Below are positions 45,767 to 55,000 of a DNA stretch of 64,000 nt, in pieces (position 1 is the first letter of the stretch; each line of letters opens with the position of its first letter). The stretch lies in the NCBI GenBank assembly GCA_035540495.1, contig DATLGL010000004.1, positions 568 to 64,567 of the forward strand, written 5' to 3'. Source of the stretch: Acidimicrobiales bacterium (GTDB lineage Bacteria; Actinomycetota; Acidimicrobiia; Acidimicrobiales; CADCTF01). The translations under genes and the position numbers were made by a program. The notes beneath the pieces are model-generated. The model was not told the origin of the DNA. It did not search any database and was given only the letters and a program-made list of their open reading frames with translations.

Positions 45767-47388
45767 TGTTGACGTCCCGGCGAGGGTCGGAGCCGCACAC
45801 GGGCGGGGAGGTGGTGTCCGTAGAGGAGGAGCGCTTCATGGGGCGCGATGCGACGGAGCGTGTCGGGCGGGGCGGCGCGCCGCCACCCGAGGGTTTCGTT
45901 GATCGTTCTCCCGCCATCGCTGTGGCTGGTGGTGGTGGTGTCGCGGTCTTCTTCATCGCCGATGAGCGCAGCGAGGGTGTCGAGGGTGTCGCGATCGGCG
46001 ATGCCGGACCCGAACAGCTTCGCTCGGTGGTTGTTCACGACCGTCGCTGCAAGGGCGCCGTAGCGACTCTTGATCTGGGCGAGGTCTTGCCAGACGGTGA
46101 CGAGGGAGATGCCGTGTGATCTCGCGGTGGCGGCCCACGTCGGGAGTTCTGCGAGTGGCGCCATCGTCCCGGCCTCATCGAGCAGCGCGAGGAGCGGCTG
46201 GTCGAGGGTTCCGCTGCTGCGGTTGGCGGTGTCGAATGCGGTGCGGATGGCGTCGGCGACGAGGACGGCGAGCACGGGGCGGAGGCGGGCTTGGTCGTGG
46301 GCTGCGCTGACGACGTAGATCGTGTTGGGTCCGGCGAGCCATTCGTCGAGGTTGATGGTCGAGTGTTCGGCGAGGGCGGCGACATGGGGATCGGCGTAGC
46401 CCGCGAGGACGGTCTCGACGGTTGAGGTGATGGAGGCGACGAGGCGTTCGTCCTTGCCCCACAGCCCGTGGAGCACGCGGAGCGCGTCCTGCGCCTTGTG
46501 GTCGCTCAAGATCTGGAGCGCCTCGGTTGGGTGGGTGTCGACCCAGCGCACGACCGTCCCGACGGGTTCGCTGGCGAGGGCTGCTGCGAAAAGGTATGGC
46601 GCGAGGGCGCGGCGCGCTTGTGCGTACCAGTAGTCGCCGTCGGCGAGCGTGGTGGTCGCGGGTTGGGCGGCGTCGGTGAGCCATGCGGCGACGCGTTGCG
46701 CGCCGGCCCAGGTGCGGCAGGTCGCGAGGGGTGACCAGCCGTCGTCGTGGGCGGTGATGTTGGCGGGGTCGTAGACCCAGACGCGGCCGATCGCGCGGCG
46801 CGCGTCGATCGTGGCGGCGAGGAGGTCGGTTTTGACGCTGGTGGCGATGACGGGTCCCCGCCATTCGCGGAGGTTCGGGATCGCGAACCCTGCCGTCTTT
46901 CCGCAGCCGGTTGGTCCGACGACCAGTGCGCTGACGCCCGGTTCTGCGGCGACGAGCCTGCGTCCGACGGTCCCGATCGTGACGCGTCCGGCGGTGGGCT
47001 CGGCGACGGCCAGGGAGCGCAGGTGCGGGCCTCGTCCGACACCGACGCCGACGGCCATGCCGAGCGACCCGCGACGTCCTTTCGGGCGTCGCCGCCATTC
47101 GACGATCGCAGCGACAGACGCGGCGACCGCTCCGATGACCACGACCTGCGTGATCCAATAGGTGACGGGTCCAGCGGAGAATGGGTGCGGCCATGCATGG
47201 CCGGGGTCGCCGATCGTGTGCGGCAGGCGAGTGAGTGCAACCGCGGCATCGGTGAAGGACGGGACTCGTGCCCCGAGCAGGAGACCGATGGCGGCGGCGG
47301 TCGCCCAGGTGCAGGCGCTCGCGGCGGCGAACACGAGTAGGGCGCCGATGGCGAGGTCCTCGAGCGGAGATCGCGTCTTGGTGGTCAT
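45763..47388 (-). CDS. VirD4/TraG-like type IV coupling protein
   Basis: N-terminal TMs, GPTGCGKT, TSVKTD, LLDEAG, WQDLAQ. Confidence 0.92.
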   Translation of the reverse strand: MTTKTRSPLEDLAIGALLVFAAASACTWATAAAIGLLLGARVPSFTDAAVALTRLPHTIGDPGHAWPHPFSAGPVTYWITQVVVIGAVAASVAAIVEWRRRPKGRRGSLGMAVGVGVGRGPHLRSLAVAEPTAGRVTIGTVGRRLVAAEPGVSALVVGPTGCGKTAGFAIPNLREWRGPVIATSVKTDLLAATIDARRAIGRVWVYDPANITAHDDGWSPLATCRTWAGAQRVAAWLTDAAQPATTTLADGDYWYAQARRALAPYLFAAALASEPVGTVVRWVDTHPTEALQILSDHKAQDALRVLHGLWGKDERLVASITSTVETVLAGYADPHVAALAEHSTINLDEWLAGPNTIYVVSAAHDQARLRPVLAVLVADAIRTAFDTANRSSGTLDQPLLALLDEAGTMAPLAELPTWAATARSHGISLVTVWQDLAQIKSRYGALAATVVNNHRAKLFGSGIADRDTLDTLAALIGDEEDRDTTTTSHSDGGRTINETLGWRRAAPPDTLRRIAPHEALLLYGHHLPARVRLRPSPGRQQ

Positions 47389-48644
47389 GGGCGCATGCGG
47401 TGGTCGGTATCGGCGAGGTCGCGGTCGCTATTCGCGAGGTAGGTGGAGACGACGGCGGTGTGGGCGCCGACCTTCCAGAGTGCGCGGCCGCGGGCGAGGC
47501 GCCCGATGAGATCGGTCTCGGGTTCGGTGAGGCCGAGAAGGGCACGTGCGTCGGGTGCCTGGTCGGCGGCTTGGCGGAACACGATTCGTGTCGCAGCGTC
47601 AGCCAGGAGTCCTGCTGCGACTTTGCTGGTGGCGGTGCCGTCGTCGGCTTGGGCGCGAAGGTCGCTGAGGCGGTGGACGACGGCGATGTTCGCGACGCCT
47701 TGGGCGCGGCCGAGCTTGAAGCTGGCTTGTAGGAACCGGGCGGTGCGCGGGTCGGCGAGCACGGCCCATGCCTCGTCGAGAACGAGGATGCGGCGCGGTC
47801 CGTCCGGGGCTGCGAGCGCGGCGGTGAGCCATCCGGTGGTGGCGACGAGCACGGCCCGGAGTGCTTCGGGGTCGCCGTGGACGGCGGAGAGGTCGATGAC
47901 GATCCCGGGTGCGTCCCAGTCGATCGGGTGGGTGGTCTGCGTGTCGAACATGCCGCGCAGGCTGCGGTCGAGGAGCTTGCCGAGCGCGAAGCGTGCGCTT
48001 TCGATGGTGTGCGCGAGCTCGCTGGGGGTCCGTCCGGCGAGGGATGCCATGTGGGTGGTGGGGGAGACGAGCAGCCGGACGAGGTCGTGCAGCGTTGCGT
48101 TGCGTGTGGTGGAGAGGTGGGTGAGGGCCCAGCCGATGGCGGCGTCCTCAAGCGGGAGGAGCTCGCGTGCCAAGACGGCGCCGGCGAGCGCGGCGACCAT
48201 GGCTGCCTGGCGGCGGGCGACTTCGGCGGTGCCGACCTCGCCGGCGGCGGGGCCGGGGTCGAGCGGGTTGATGCGGCTGGACCCACCGGGCGCGAGGCGC
48301 AGGGTGCTGTAGCCGAGGGTGGCGGCGAGTTCGAGGTATTCGCCTTTGGGGTCGCACACGGCAGCCCAACGGTTCCGGACGGCGCACGCCCGCGAGAGGA
48401 GCGCCTTGACGGTGGCGGACTTGCCGGTGCCGGGCTCGCCGACGATGAGCGCGTTCGGGTTGGTGACGAGCTCTGCGGCGTAGGCGTCGAACGGGTCGAA
48501 CGCGAAGGGAGCGCCGCCGGCGAGGTGGTCGACGCCGATGAACACGCCCGGTGCGCCGAGCCCGCCGCCGGTCAGGAACGGGTAGATCGCCTGCGCGTTC
48601 GCGAGCGACGCGTGGTGGTGGACCAGCCGCAGTCGGCGTCTCAT
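47385..48644 (-). CDS. VirB4-like conjugation ATPase (short)
   Basis: GEPGTGKS, DPKGEY, LDEAW, KLGRAQG. Confidence 0.9.
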   Translation of the reverse strand: MRRRLRLVHHHASLANAQAIYPFLTGGGLGAPGVFIGVDHLAGGAPFAFDPFDAYAAELVTNPNALIVGEPGTGKSATVKALLSRACAVRNRWAAVCDPKGEYLELAATLGYSTLRLAPGGSSRINPLDPGPAAGEVGTAEVARRQAAMVAALAGAVLARELLPLEDAAIGWALTHLSTTRNATLHDLVRLLVSPTTHMASLAGRTPSELAHTIESARFALGKLLDRSLRGMFDTQTTHPIDWDAPGIVIDLSAVHGDPEALRAVLVATTGWLTAALAAPDGPRRILVLDEAWAVLADPRTARFLQASFKLGRAQGVANIAVVHRLSDLRAQADDGTATSKVAAGLLADAATRIVFRQAADQAPDARALLGLTEPETDLIGRLARGRALWKVGAHTAVVSTYLANSDRDLADTDHRMRP

Positions 48645-49999
48645 GCCCACCACCCCTCGTCAACAACGTCAGCGGGAAGCGGCAAGGTTGCGGCGACGGC
48701 GAGGTGGTGGCGTCCGTCGAGGCGGCGCAGCTCCAGGCCGCACCGCGCTGCGGCCGCTTCGAGCTCTGATGACCGTTCGGAGAGCTGCTCGGGTGTGGGT
48801 GCGGTGGCGGTGAGGATCGCAGCGAAGGACACTTCGCCGTAGCCGTCGACGAGCTCGGCCTCACGAGCGTCGAGCAGCGCAGCAGCGCGTGCACTTCGAT
48901 GGCTCACGCGAAACCCGGCACGGTCGCGTTGGATGCGATCGGTCGCCAGGCGCACCGCTTCCCGATCGACCCGGCGTCGCGATACGCGCGGTGGCACCGG
49001 TGTGAGCGACACCGAGAACGTGCGCGTCCCCGCCGCGCCGACGAGCAGCGATTCCAACCACGCCGCGTGCACACCGGCGCGAGGCCACTCGGTCACCTCC
49101 CACGCCCGGTGATGTTCACCGAGCAGCGCGGAGATCCACTCCGCGGTGTCGGTCAGCTCTGCCTCACCGTGCGCCGTGATGTCGGCAAGTGTCCGCGAGA
49201 GACGACGCTCGGGCGGCGACGGCTGTAACCGCTGGTCAACCGTCCGATGGACGTCGCGCCGACCGAGCGGCGTCGCGTCGAGCCCCGCGAGTTCGAGCCG
49301 CTGGATGAACAGCCGCAGCTCCTCCGCGACGGCGCGCTCGACGCGATCGGGGTGCGACCCACGCACTCGTCTGGTGTCGATGATGACGGTGACGATCACC
49401 TCGACGGTCGTGAACGAACGACCGGCGTCTTGAACCAACGCGCGATACGCGGCGGGTCCATCGACTCGGATCGAGCTCGGTGCCGTCGGCCCCGACCAAC
49501 ACGTCACGACCACACGCGCGACCGGCGATCCGTCAACGCAGAAGGCACCGAGGGCCGCGCCCCAGGCCGCCAGCAGGCGGTCCTGATCGGCGGCCTCGGC
49601 CAGGGCGAACGACCTTCCCCGAACTCGCAGCGACGCTGATGCGTGCCGCGAGGACCGGGTAACGGCGATCGGTGTCGACGACCACGGCACGCCCATCTCC
49701 ACGATGTGGATGTCGCCGCTGATCAACGCTCGGCGGCCGACCGGCTGCCTCCGGTTGCGGGCGAGGGCCAGGACTGCGGCCACTGCGTCCCACGTGGGCA
49801 TTCCCGACACCCGGATGAACGAGGCCGCGACACCGGCCGCGACGAACACCACCGCAACTGCAAGGGGGAGCGCCGCCCAGAGGCACGCGCTCGCCGCGAT
49901 CCCAGCTGCCGCAAGGCTCAGGCACTGGCCACCGCTCAGCCCGAGCAGCCATCCCGTGGCGTCGCGCGGAGCGAATTGATAGGCCCTGGCGTCAGCCAC
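48641..49999 (-). CDS. SCO6880-family (PrgI/VirB3-like) conjugation membrane protein
   Basis: Y.F..R...G.LLGL start, TM pair, WPR; sits directly upstream of the VirB4-like gene. Confidence 0.75.
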   Translation of the reverse strand: MADARAYQFAPRDATGWLLGLSGGQCLSLAAAGIAASACLWAALPLAVAVVFVAAGVAASFIRVSGMPTWDAVAAVLALARNRRQPVGRRALISGDIHIVEMGVPWSSTPIAVTRSSRHASASLRVRGRSFALAEAADQDRLLAAWGAALGAFCVDGSPVARVVVTCWSGPTAPSSIRVDGPAAYRALVQDAGRSFTTVEVIVTVIIDTRRVRGSHPDRVERAVAEELRLFIQRLELAGLDATPLGRRDVHRTVDQRLQPSPPERRLSRTLADITAHGEAELTDTAEWISALLGEHHRAWEVTEWPRAGVHAAWLESLLVGAAGTRTFSVSLTPVPPRVSRRRVDREAVRLATDRIQRDRAGFRVSHRSARAAALLDAREAELVDGYGEVSFAAILTATAPTPEQLSERSSELEAAAARCGLELRRLDGRHHLAVAATLPLPADVVDEGWWA

Positions 50000-51041
50000 G
50001 AGACGCTCCCGCTAGGCGAGCGACACTCGCGTCGCCGCTCGGTGAAGCGACCCGTCCCACCGACGCGGCGGTCGCCGCCACGGCGAGTGTGGTCTGTGCA
50101 GCCCGCACTGGCATTCCGGCCGCGCTCTGCCCGGCCGTCGCCGCTTCCGTGAGCGGGAAGAGCCGCAGCACCAAGAACGGCGAGAACGCCGCGAGGACCA
50201 ACACCGTCGATCCCACGACCAGAGGCGCCATTCCTTCGTCGCCTGCCGTGCCGAGCGCAGCGAGGCCGACGGCGAACGCGACCGCGATCACCAGCTTCGA
50301 CAACACAACCGCCACCAACAGCTCGCACACGCGGCGAGCCGCCGAGCGTGCCGGCGGGAAGATCGCCGCGGCGAACGACAGCGGCGACAGCGCGATCAGG
50401 ATCACCACCAGCGCAGAGCGGACCAACAGCTCGACCCACACGACGATCGCCGCGAGCATCGCCACGACCGCGACGATGACTCCGGCGGCACCGTTGGTGA
50501 GCACCGACGCGGACGCGAACAACTCAACCATCGCCTGCGTCGAACCTGCAGTTGTCGGAGCGAGGATCGACGCCGACAGCGCGTCCGTCAACGTCAGAGC
50601 TCGAGCCGTCACCACCGTGATCACCGCAGTCGCCAGCGCGGCCGCCGGAACGCCGAGCAGGACACGGCGGGCCATCCCACCGGGATCGCCCGTCGCCACC
50701 CCAGCGACGATCGAGGCGAGCACCATCAACAACGCGGCCGCGGCGGCAGCGGACCGCACCGCCGCGTACGGCGAACTCGGACCCGAGAACCACACCGCGG
50801 TCGGATCGACCGCGGTCGATGACGACATCGCGGACGAGACGCCACCGACGATCGTCGCTAAGCCATCGGCGATCCACGCGGCGAGGTGGTCGAAGAACCG
50901 GTCCACAGCCCACCCGCCCACCGCGGATGTGGCCTCCTCGACGACGCCTCCTACTTCCTGCGCCGCGGCTCTCGCCGGCACGAGGAGGCTCCATGCGAAA
51001 CCGGCCGCCGCTGTGGTTCCGACGCGCGCGGCGCGATTCAT
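49992..51041 (-). CDS. VirB6/TrbL-like polytopic membrane protein
   Basis: VWVELLVRSALV...SPLSFAA, VLSKLVIA; many TMs. Confidence 0.8.
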   Translation of the reverse strand: MNRAARVGTTAAAGFAWSLLVPARAAAQEVGGVVEEATSAVGGWAVDRFFDHLAAWIADGLATIVGGVSSAMSSSTAVDPTAVWFSGPSSPYAAVRSAAAAAALLMVLASIVAGVATGDPGGMARRVLLGVPAAALATAVITVVTARALTLTDALSASILAPTTAGSTQAMVELFASASVLTNGAAGVIVAVVAMLAAIVVWVELLVRSALVVILIALSPLSFAAAIFPPARSAARRVCELLVAVVLSKLVIAVAFAVGLAALGTAGDEGMAPLVVGSTVLVLAAFSPFLVLRLFPLTEAATAGQSAAGMPVRAAQTTLAVAATAASVGRVASPSGDASVARLAGASRG

Positions 51042-51325
51042 CCCGCTGACGCGGCCCGGAACAACAGGTTCACCGCCGTCGGCGCGACGCCAACCAAACA
51101 GGCGCCGACCACGCCACCCAGCGCGAGCTGCTTCCCGCGGTAGGCGCCGGCGTAGTTCCCCGCGTGCTGCGAGATCCCGTAGATCGTCGCGCCCATCAGG
51201 ATCGAACCAACCGATCCCCACAAGGCGACCTGCGCCAACCAGTTCAACAGCTGCTGCATCAACGCGCCGCCAGGCATCCCGCCCGACGACGGCGACACCG
51301 ACACCTGCGCGAACAACCAGCCCAT
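51038..51325 (-). CDS. Small pilin-like (VirB2/DUF6112-like) protein
   Basis: SPSSGGMPG, two TMs, GKQLALGG; first gene of the T4SS operon. Confidence 0.7.
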   Translation of the reverse strand: MGWLFAQVSVSPSSGGMPGGALMQQLLNWLAQVALWGSVGSILMGATIYGISQHAGNYAGAYRGKQLALGGVVGACLVGVAPTAVNLLFRAASAG

Positions 51326-51617
51326 CGCAACCTCCCGAAGACGAACGCCACCGAGAGAAGGCCCATCCATCAGCGCAAACGCGCGGAGAACCTTCGGTCG
51401 CAGTAGGAGAGGCGTGAACACCTACACGCCCGCGTGAACGCCGTCGTGAGTTCGCGCGTGAGCGAATCGTCCAACGCTGAGCACCGCCGCTAGGTGCGTG
51501 AACCGGTGGCTTTCGTCACACCATCGGCTAAAATGACAGCCATGTGATCGCTGCCGACGGGGGCAAGGGCGCCTCCTCCAGGCGAGATGAATATGCGTTC
51601 CGCCTGGAGGATCAGCC

Positions 51618-52931
51618 ATGGCTACAACTCACCCCGGAGGAGTGATCCCGCCGCCGCCTTTCGGGCCGGCGCGACCGCCGCGCGAGCCGTCGCTCACCCC
51701 GGCCCTAGTGGTCGTGGATTCCCGGAACATCTACCACCAGACCGAGACGGCGACGGGCTTCCGGCAACTCCCATGCGTAGACGGAGTGGTCGATGCGCTG
51801 AGGGACTTCGGGTACGACGCCCTTGAGGTTCACGTGGGCCTGGCCCTCCCCAGGAACACCGACGCAAAGCGTCTAGCCGCAGCAGGAACCGCGAACCGCG
51901 CCTTCAAGAAGCAGATCGAGAGCCACATGAGAGGGCGCGTGCTCCTCGGCGAACTGCACGCAAAGCCGCGTGACGGCGGTCGTTACGTAGGCGAAGAAAA
52001 GCAGGTAGATGTCGCATGCGCCGTGGATATCTGTCGGCACGCCACGCTCATCGCGCGTCACGAGAGCCCCTTCAAAGCGATAGTCGTGCTCTCGCAGGAC
52101 ACCGATCTGACGCCAGCTCTGCGGTACGCGGAGGAAGTCCACGTACCGGCGGTTGTCGCCGCTCATGAGCGCGTTGAGTGGCGGGGCTTTCCATACTTCC
52201 TGCTGACCGAACGATCGTTCCGCAAGATCGCCCGCGTGCACGCGCCACTCGTCGGTCACGCGTTGCGATCAGCAGTTGCAGTGGCTGCTTCCGGCCCCGA
52301 GATGTGGTGTGACTGGGAAGTCCTCGGGTGGGATCCGACGCGCGAGCGCATCCTCCTCGTCAACGGCGATGGACTTCGCGGAGTCATCAAGAGGAACCTG
52401 CTTGATGACATCGGCATGGCCAAGCCAGGCGCGATCGTGAGGCTACGTGTCACCGGCATCAACTACGGGCCGAGACGCAACAACTTCCCGCTCGTCGCAT
52501 GCACGACCAAGGGTGTCCACCCAAGCCATGACCATCGGAAGGACCTTGAGATCCGAAGGGTCGTCGCGCGCCGTACGGTCGGCGAGATCGAGGTCGATGC
52601 ACCGGTGTACTCGAAGACACGGTTGGCGTATCCGTTAGGCGGGGCAACACCAGGTGTCGAGGTCGTGATCGACTGCTCGGAGCCGAATCGCCCGATAGTG
52701 GTCGGACCCACCTCGTTGCCGACCAACCGTGATGTGGTGCAAGCCGCTCCGGTGCTCGTAGACACGATCACACGCGCCTCACCGACAACGACGGCCGCGT
52801 CGTGTCCCGAGGGCCGCTTGGTTCTGGCTCACAGCGCCGCCGAGGCTCCCGCCCTCGGCCGGCGCTATGCTGCGGTGATCGTCGACGACCGGTCGCGCGT
52901 CGGAAAAGTGATTTCTGGACCTATCTCTTAG
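51618..52931 (+). CDS. NYN (PIN-like) ribonuclease-domain protein with long C-terminal extension
   Basis: VVDSRNIY, EEKQVDV, LSQDTDLTP conserved acidic residues. Confidence 0.8.
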   Translation: MATTHPGGVIPPPPFGPARPPREPSLTPALVVVDSRNIYHQTETATGFRQLPCVDGVVDALRDFGYDALEVHVGLALPRNTDAKRLAAAGTANRAFKKQIESHMRGRVLLGELHAKPRDGGRYVGEEKQVDVACAVDICRHATLIARHESPFKAIVVLSQDTDLTPALRYAEEVHVPAVVAAHERVEWRGFPYFLLTERSFRKIARVHAPLVGHALRSAVAVAASGPEMWCDWEVLGWDPTRERILLVNGDGLRGVIKRNLLDDIGMAKPGAIVRLRVTGINYGPRRNNFPLVACTTKGVHPSHDHRKDLEIRRVVARRTVGEIEVDAPVYSKTRLAYPLGGATPGVEVVIDCSEPNRPIVVGPTSLPTNRDVVQAAPVLVDTITRASPTTTAASCPEGRLVLAHSAAEAPALGRRYAAVIVDDRSRVGKVISGPIS

Positions 52932-53163
52932 GTCGCGCCTATGTTGCGCCGAAGAGGTCACTGGCTATAATGTCAAGTACATCGCACTGCGGGACGTACG
53001 GGCCCGCTCTTCCAGGAGGCGGCCTTCGGGCCGCCTTCTGCGCGTCGAGCAACTCCCGTCGGAGCGTGGATCTGGTGCCCGAAATAGCCGGCAGCTCCTT
53101 CTGTGGTGACGCATCGGGCACACTCCCACGCTCCACTCGGCACCACTGCCCGCAAACTGGGAC

Positions 53164-53421
53164 TCAACCCACGTCGTCGGAGTAGTCGCCGCCCTTTGGG
53201 TCCGGGTACAGGTGCCTCAGCTCACCGGGCTGAACTCGCGTCGACTCGAGGAACGCTTCGAGATCGTCCGCCTTCAGGCGTATGACGCGGCCGAGTTTGT
53301 AGGCGGGGATGCTGCCCTCGTCGATGAGTCGGTAGAGGGTGCGGGGGACGACGCCGAGAAGTTCCGCAGCTTCGGTTGTGCCAACCCAGTGTTCGGCGCG
53401 CTTGTCCCGCTTCTGAGCCAC
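53164..53421 (-). CDS. Excisionase-like HTH protein (HTH_17)
   Basis: TTEAAELLGVVPRTLYRLIDEGSIPAYKLGRVIR; GTG start from promoter geometry. Confidence 0.88.
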   Translation of the reverse strand: MAQKRDKRAEHWVGTTEAAELLGVVPRTLYRLIDEGSIPAYKLGRVIRLKADDLEAFLESTRVQPGELRHLYPDPKGGDYSDDVG

Positions 53422-53428
53422 GCCCGGC

Positions 53429-53458
53429 AGTGTACGGGATGACATGAAAGTCTGTCTA
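53429..53458 (-). promoter_or_regulatory. Sigma-A-type promoter for a leaderless xis-like mRNA
   Basis: TAGACA(53458-53453)-N18-TACACT(53434-53429), then 7 nt to GTG 53421. Confidence 0.7.
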
Positions 53459-53467
53459 GCGACCACA

Positions 53468-53481
53468 CGAACATGTGTTCG
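53468..53481. promoter_or_regulatory. LexA (SOS) box
   Basis: CGAAC-ATGT-GTTCG matches the actinobacterial/Gram-positive GAAC-N4-GTTC operator; adjacent -10 TACGAT at 53483-53488. Confidence 0.8.
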
Positions 53482-53495
53482 ATACGATGACTTCC

Positions 53496-53684
53496 GTGGA
53501 CCGGCGACACGAGCTGGAGAATCTTCGACGGTCGGTGGCGATGCTCAACCAGTCCTCGCACGGGCTCAGCGCCGACGAGGCCTACCGGCTCATCGTCGAG
53601 CTCCAAGACGTGCGCGAGCGGCTCGACCGGCTCCGTCGCGGGCTGCAGGCGCTCCTCGACGACATCGCACGAGACAGCGGGTGA
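53496..53684 (+). CDS. Small coiled-coil protein, probably leaderless (alternative start ATG 53487)
   Basis: GTG 7 nt after TACGAT; helical heptad-like sequence. Confidence 0.6.
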   Translation: MDRRHELENLRRSVAMLNQSSHGLSADEAYRLIVELQDVRERLDRLRRGLQALLDDIARDSG

Positions 53685-53697
53685 TTGGTCATCGACG

Positions 53698-54363
53698 ATG
53701 CCGTCGCAGTTGGTCGAGCAGCGATGGCAACATCGATCCGTGGTATTGCCTCGCTTCCGCCCGATGCTTGCGTCATCTGGAGCGATTCCGGGCGACGCCG
53801 ACGACTACGCCTTCGAGCCCAAGCTCGACGGGTGGCGGAGCTTGGTGTACGTCGAGCCTGATCGTCTGACTGTGCGGACGCGTACGGGTCGCGATGTCAC
53901 CGACGCTCTCGTCGGGCTGGACGGTCTTCGTGGCGCATGCGGTGGCTCCCGCGTGATTCTCGATGGCGAGCTGGTCGCACACCGAGGGACGCCGGACTCC
54001 TTCTATCGGCTCGGTGCGCGCATGGCGGCAAGGTCGCCGCTGGCGAAGGCGGCCCGCGTGCCGGTGACCTTTGTCGCGTTCGACGTGCTGTTCCGCGACG
54101 GCGAGCTCATTCGCTCGTCCTACGTTGAGCGCCGTCACGTCTTGGAGTCGCTACACCTTCAGGGGCCCGCGTGGTGCACCGCCCCGTCGTTTCGCGGGCT
54201 CGGCGCGGAGCTGTTCGCCGCATGCGTCGAGTTGGGGCTCGAGGGTCTCATGGCGAAGCGCCTTGATGGTCGCTATCGACCAGGCGAGCGGTCGAGTACC
54301 TGGATCAAGGCGAAGACGGTCGAGTGGAAGACGCGGCACCTGCCGTACCGCGGCGATCGGTAG
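53698..54363 (+). CDS. ATP-dependent DNA ligase, adenylation domain only
   Basis: EPKLDGWR (motif I), LDGELV, FDVL, EGLMAK, WIKAK; ends without an OB domain. Confidence 0.85.
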   Translation: MPSQLVEQRWQHRSVVLPRFRPMLASSGAIPGDADDYAFEPKLDGWRSLVYVEPDRLTVRTRTGRDVTDALVGLDGLRGACGGSRVILDGELVAHRGTPDSFYRLGARMAARSPLAKAARVPVTFVAFDVLFRDGELIRSSYVERRHVLESLHLQGPAWCTAPSFRGLGAELFAACVELGLEGLMAKRLDGRYRPGERSSTWIKAKTVEWKTRHLPYRGDR

Positions 54364-54387
54364 CCGACGCCCGCGACGCACGTCGTT

Positions 54388-54409
54388 GGTACTAGTTCGG
54401 TACTAGTTC
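54388..54409 (+). repeat. Tandem 11-bp direct repeat
   Basis: GGTACTAGTTC x2, intergenic between ligase and xis-like gene. Confidence 0.6.
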
Positions 54410-54633
54410 TGGCCGGACGACCGCGGATTCGCCAGCACGACGTGCGACAAACGTGCTGGTCAACGCATCACGCGGACGAGATGGACAAGGTCTGGAGACC
54501 ATGGACATCTCTGCGCTTCGGCAACGGGTGGCCTCACGACCGCGTTCACGTGCTGCCGCGGGCGCTCACGGTTCCCATACCGAGCCAGCAGAAAGGCCGC
54601 GGACATGTCGCGTCGTCGCGGCCTTTGCATGGC

Positions 54634-54849
54634 ATGAACCGAACCATCACCACCCGAGCCGCTCTCGTCGACATTGCTGCCGTCGCCGACCGTCTCGGCG
54701 TCTCCGTCCGCCACGTGCGGCGACTCGTCGCTGAGCGGCGCATCCCCTTCATCAAGTGGGGGCATCTACTTCGCTTCGACATGGACGACGTCGAGCGCTG
54801 GATCGAGGATGCCCGCGTGACGTCGTTCGTCGACGGGCACGGCCGATGA
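54634..54849 (+). CDS. Excisionase-like HTH protein
   Basis: DIAAVADRLGVSVRHVRRLVAERRIPFIKWGHLLRFD; close to att. Confidence 0.9.
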   Translation: MNRTITTRAALVDIAAVADRLGVSVRHVRRLVAERRIPFIKWGHLLRFDMDDVERWIEDARVTSFVDGHGR

Positions 54850-54883
54850 GAGCGGCCGCAAGGTCGCCGCGGCTTCCCTTTCC

Positions 54884-54903
54884 GGTCCCAACGTGGTCCC
54901 AAA
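54884..54903 (+). repeat. Putative integrase arm-type site pair, right arm
   Basis: GGTCCCAA-CG-TGGTCCCAAA; same motif and 11-bp period as 1371-1389. Confidence 0.65.
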
Positions 54904-55000
54904 GAGGGCGGTAAATCGCGTGCTCGGAGGGTTCATTGCGGCTAGCGCCACCACTGCACGAGGCAGCAAGAACGCCTTGTTTTTCCGACGTCCTTAGTTG

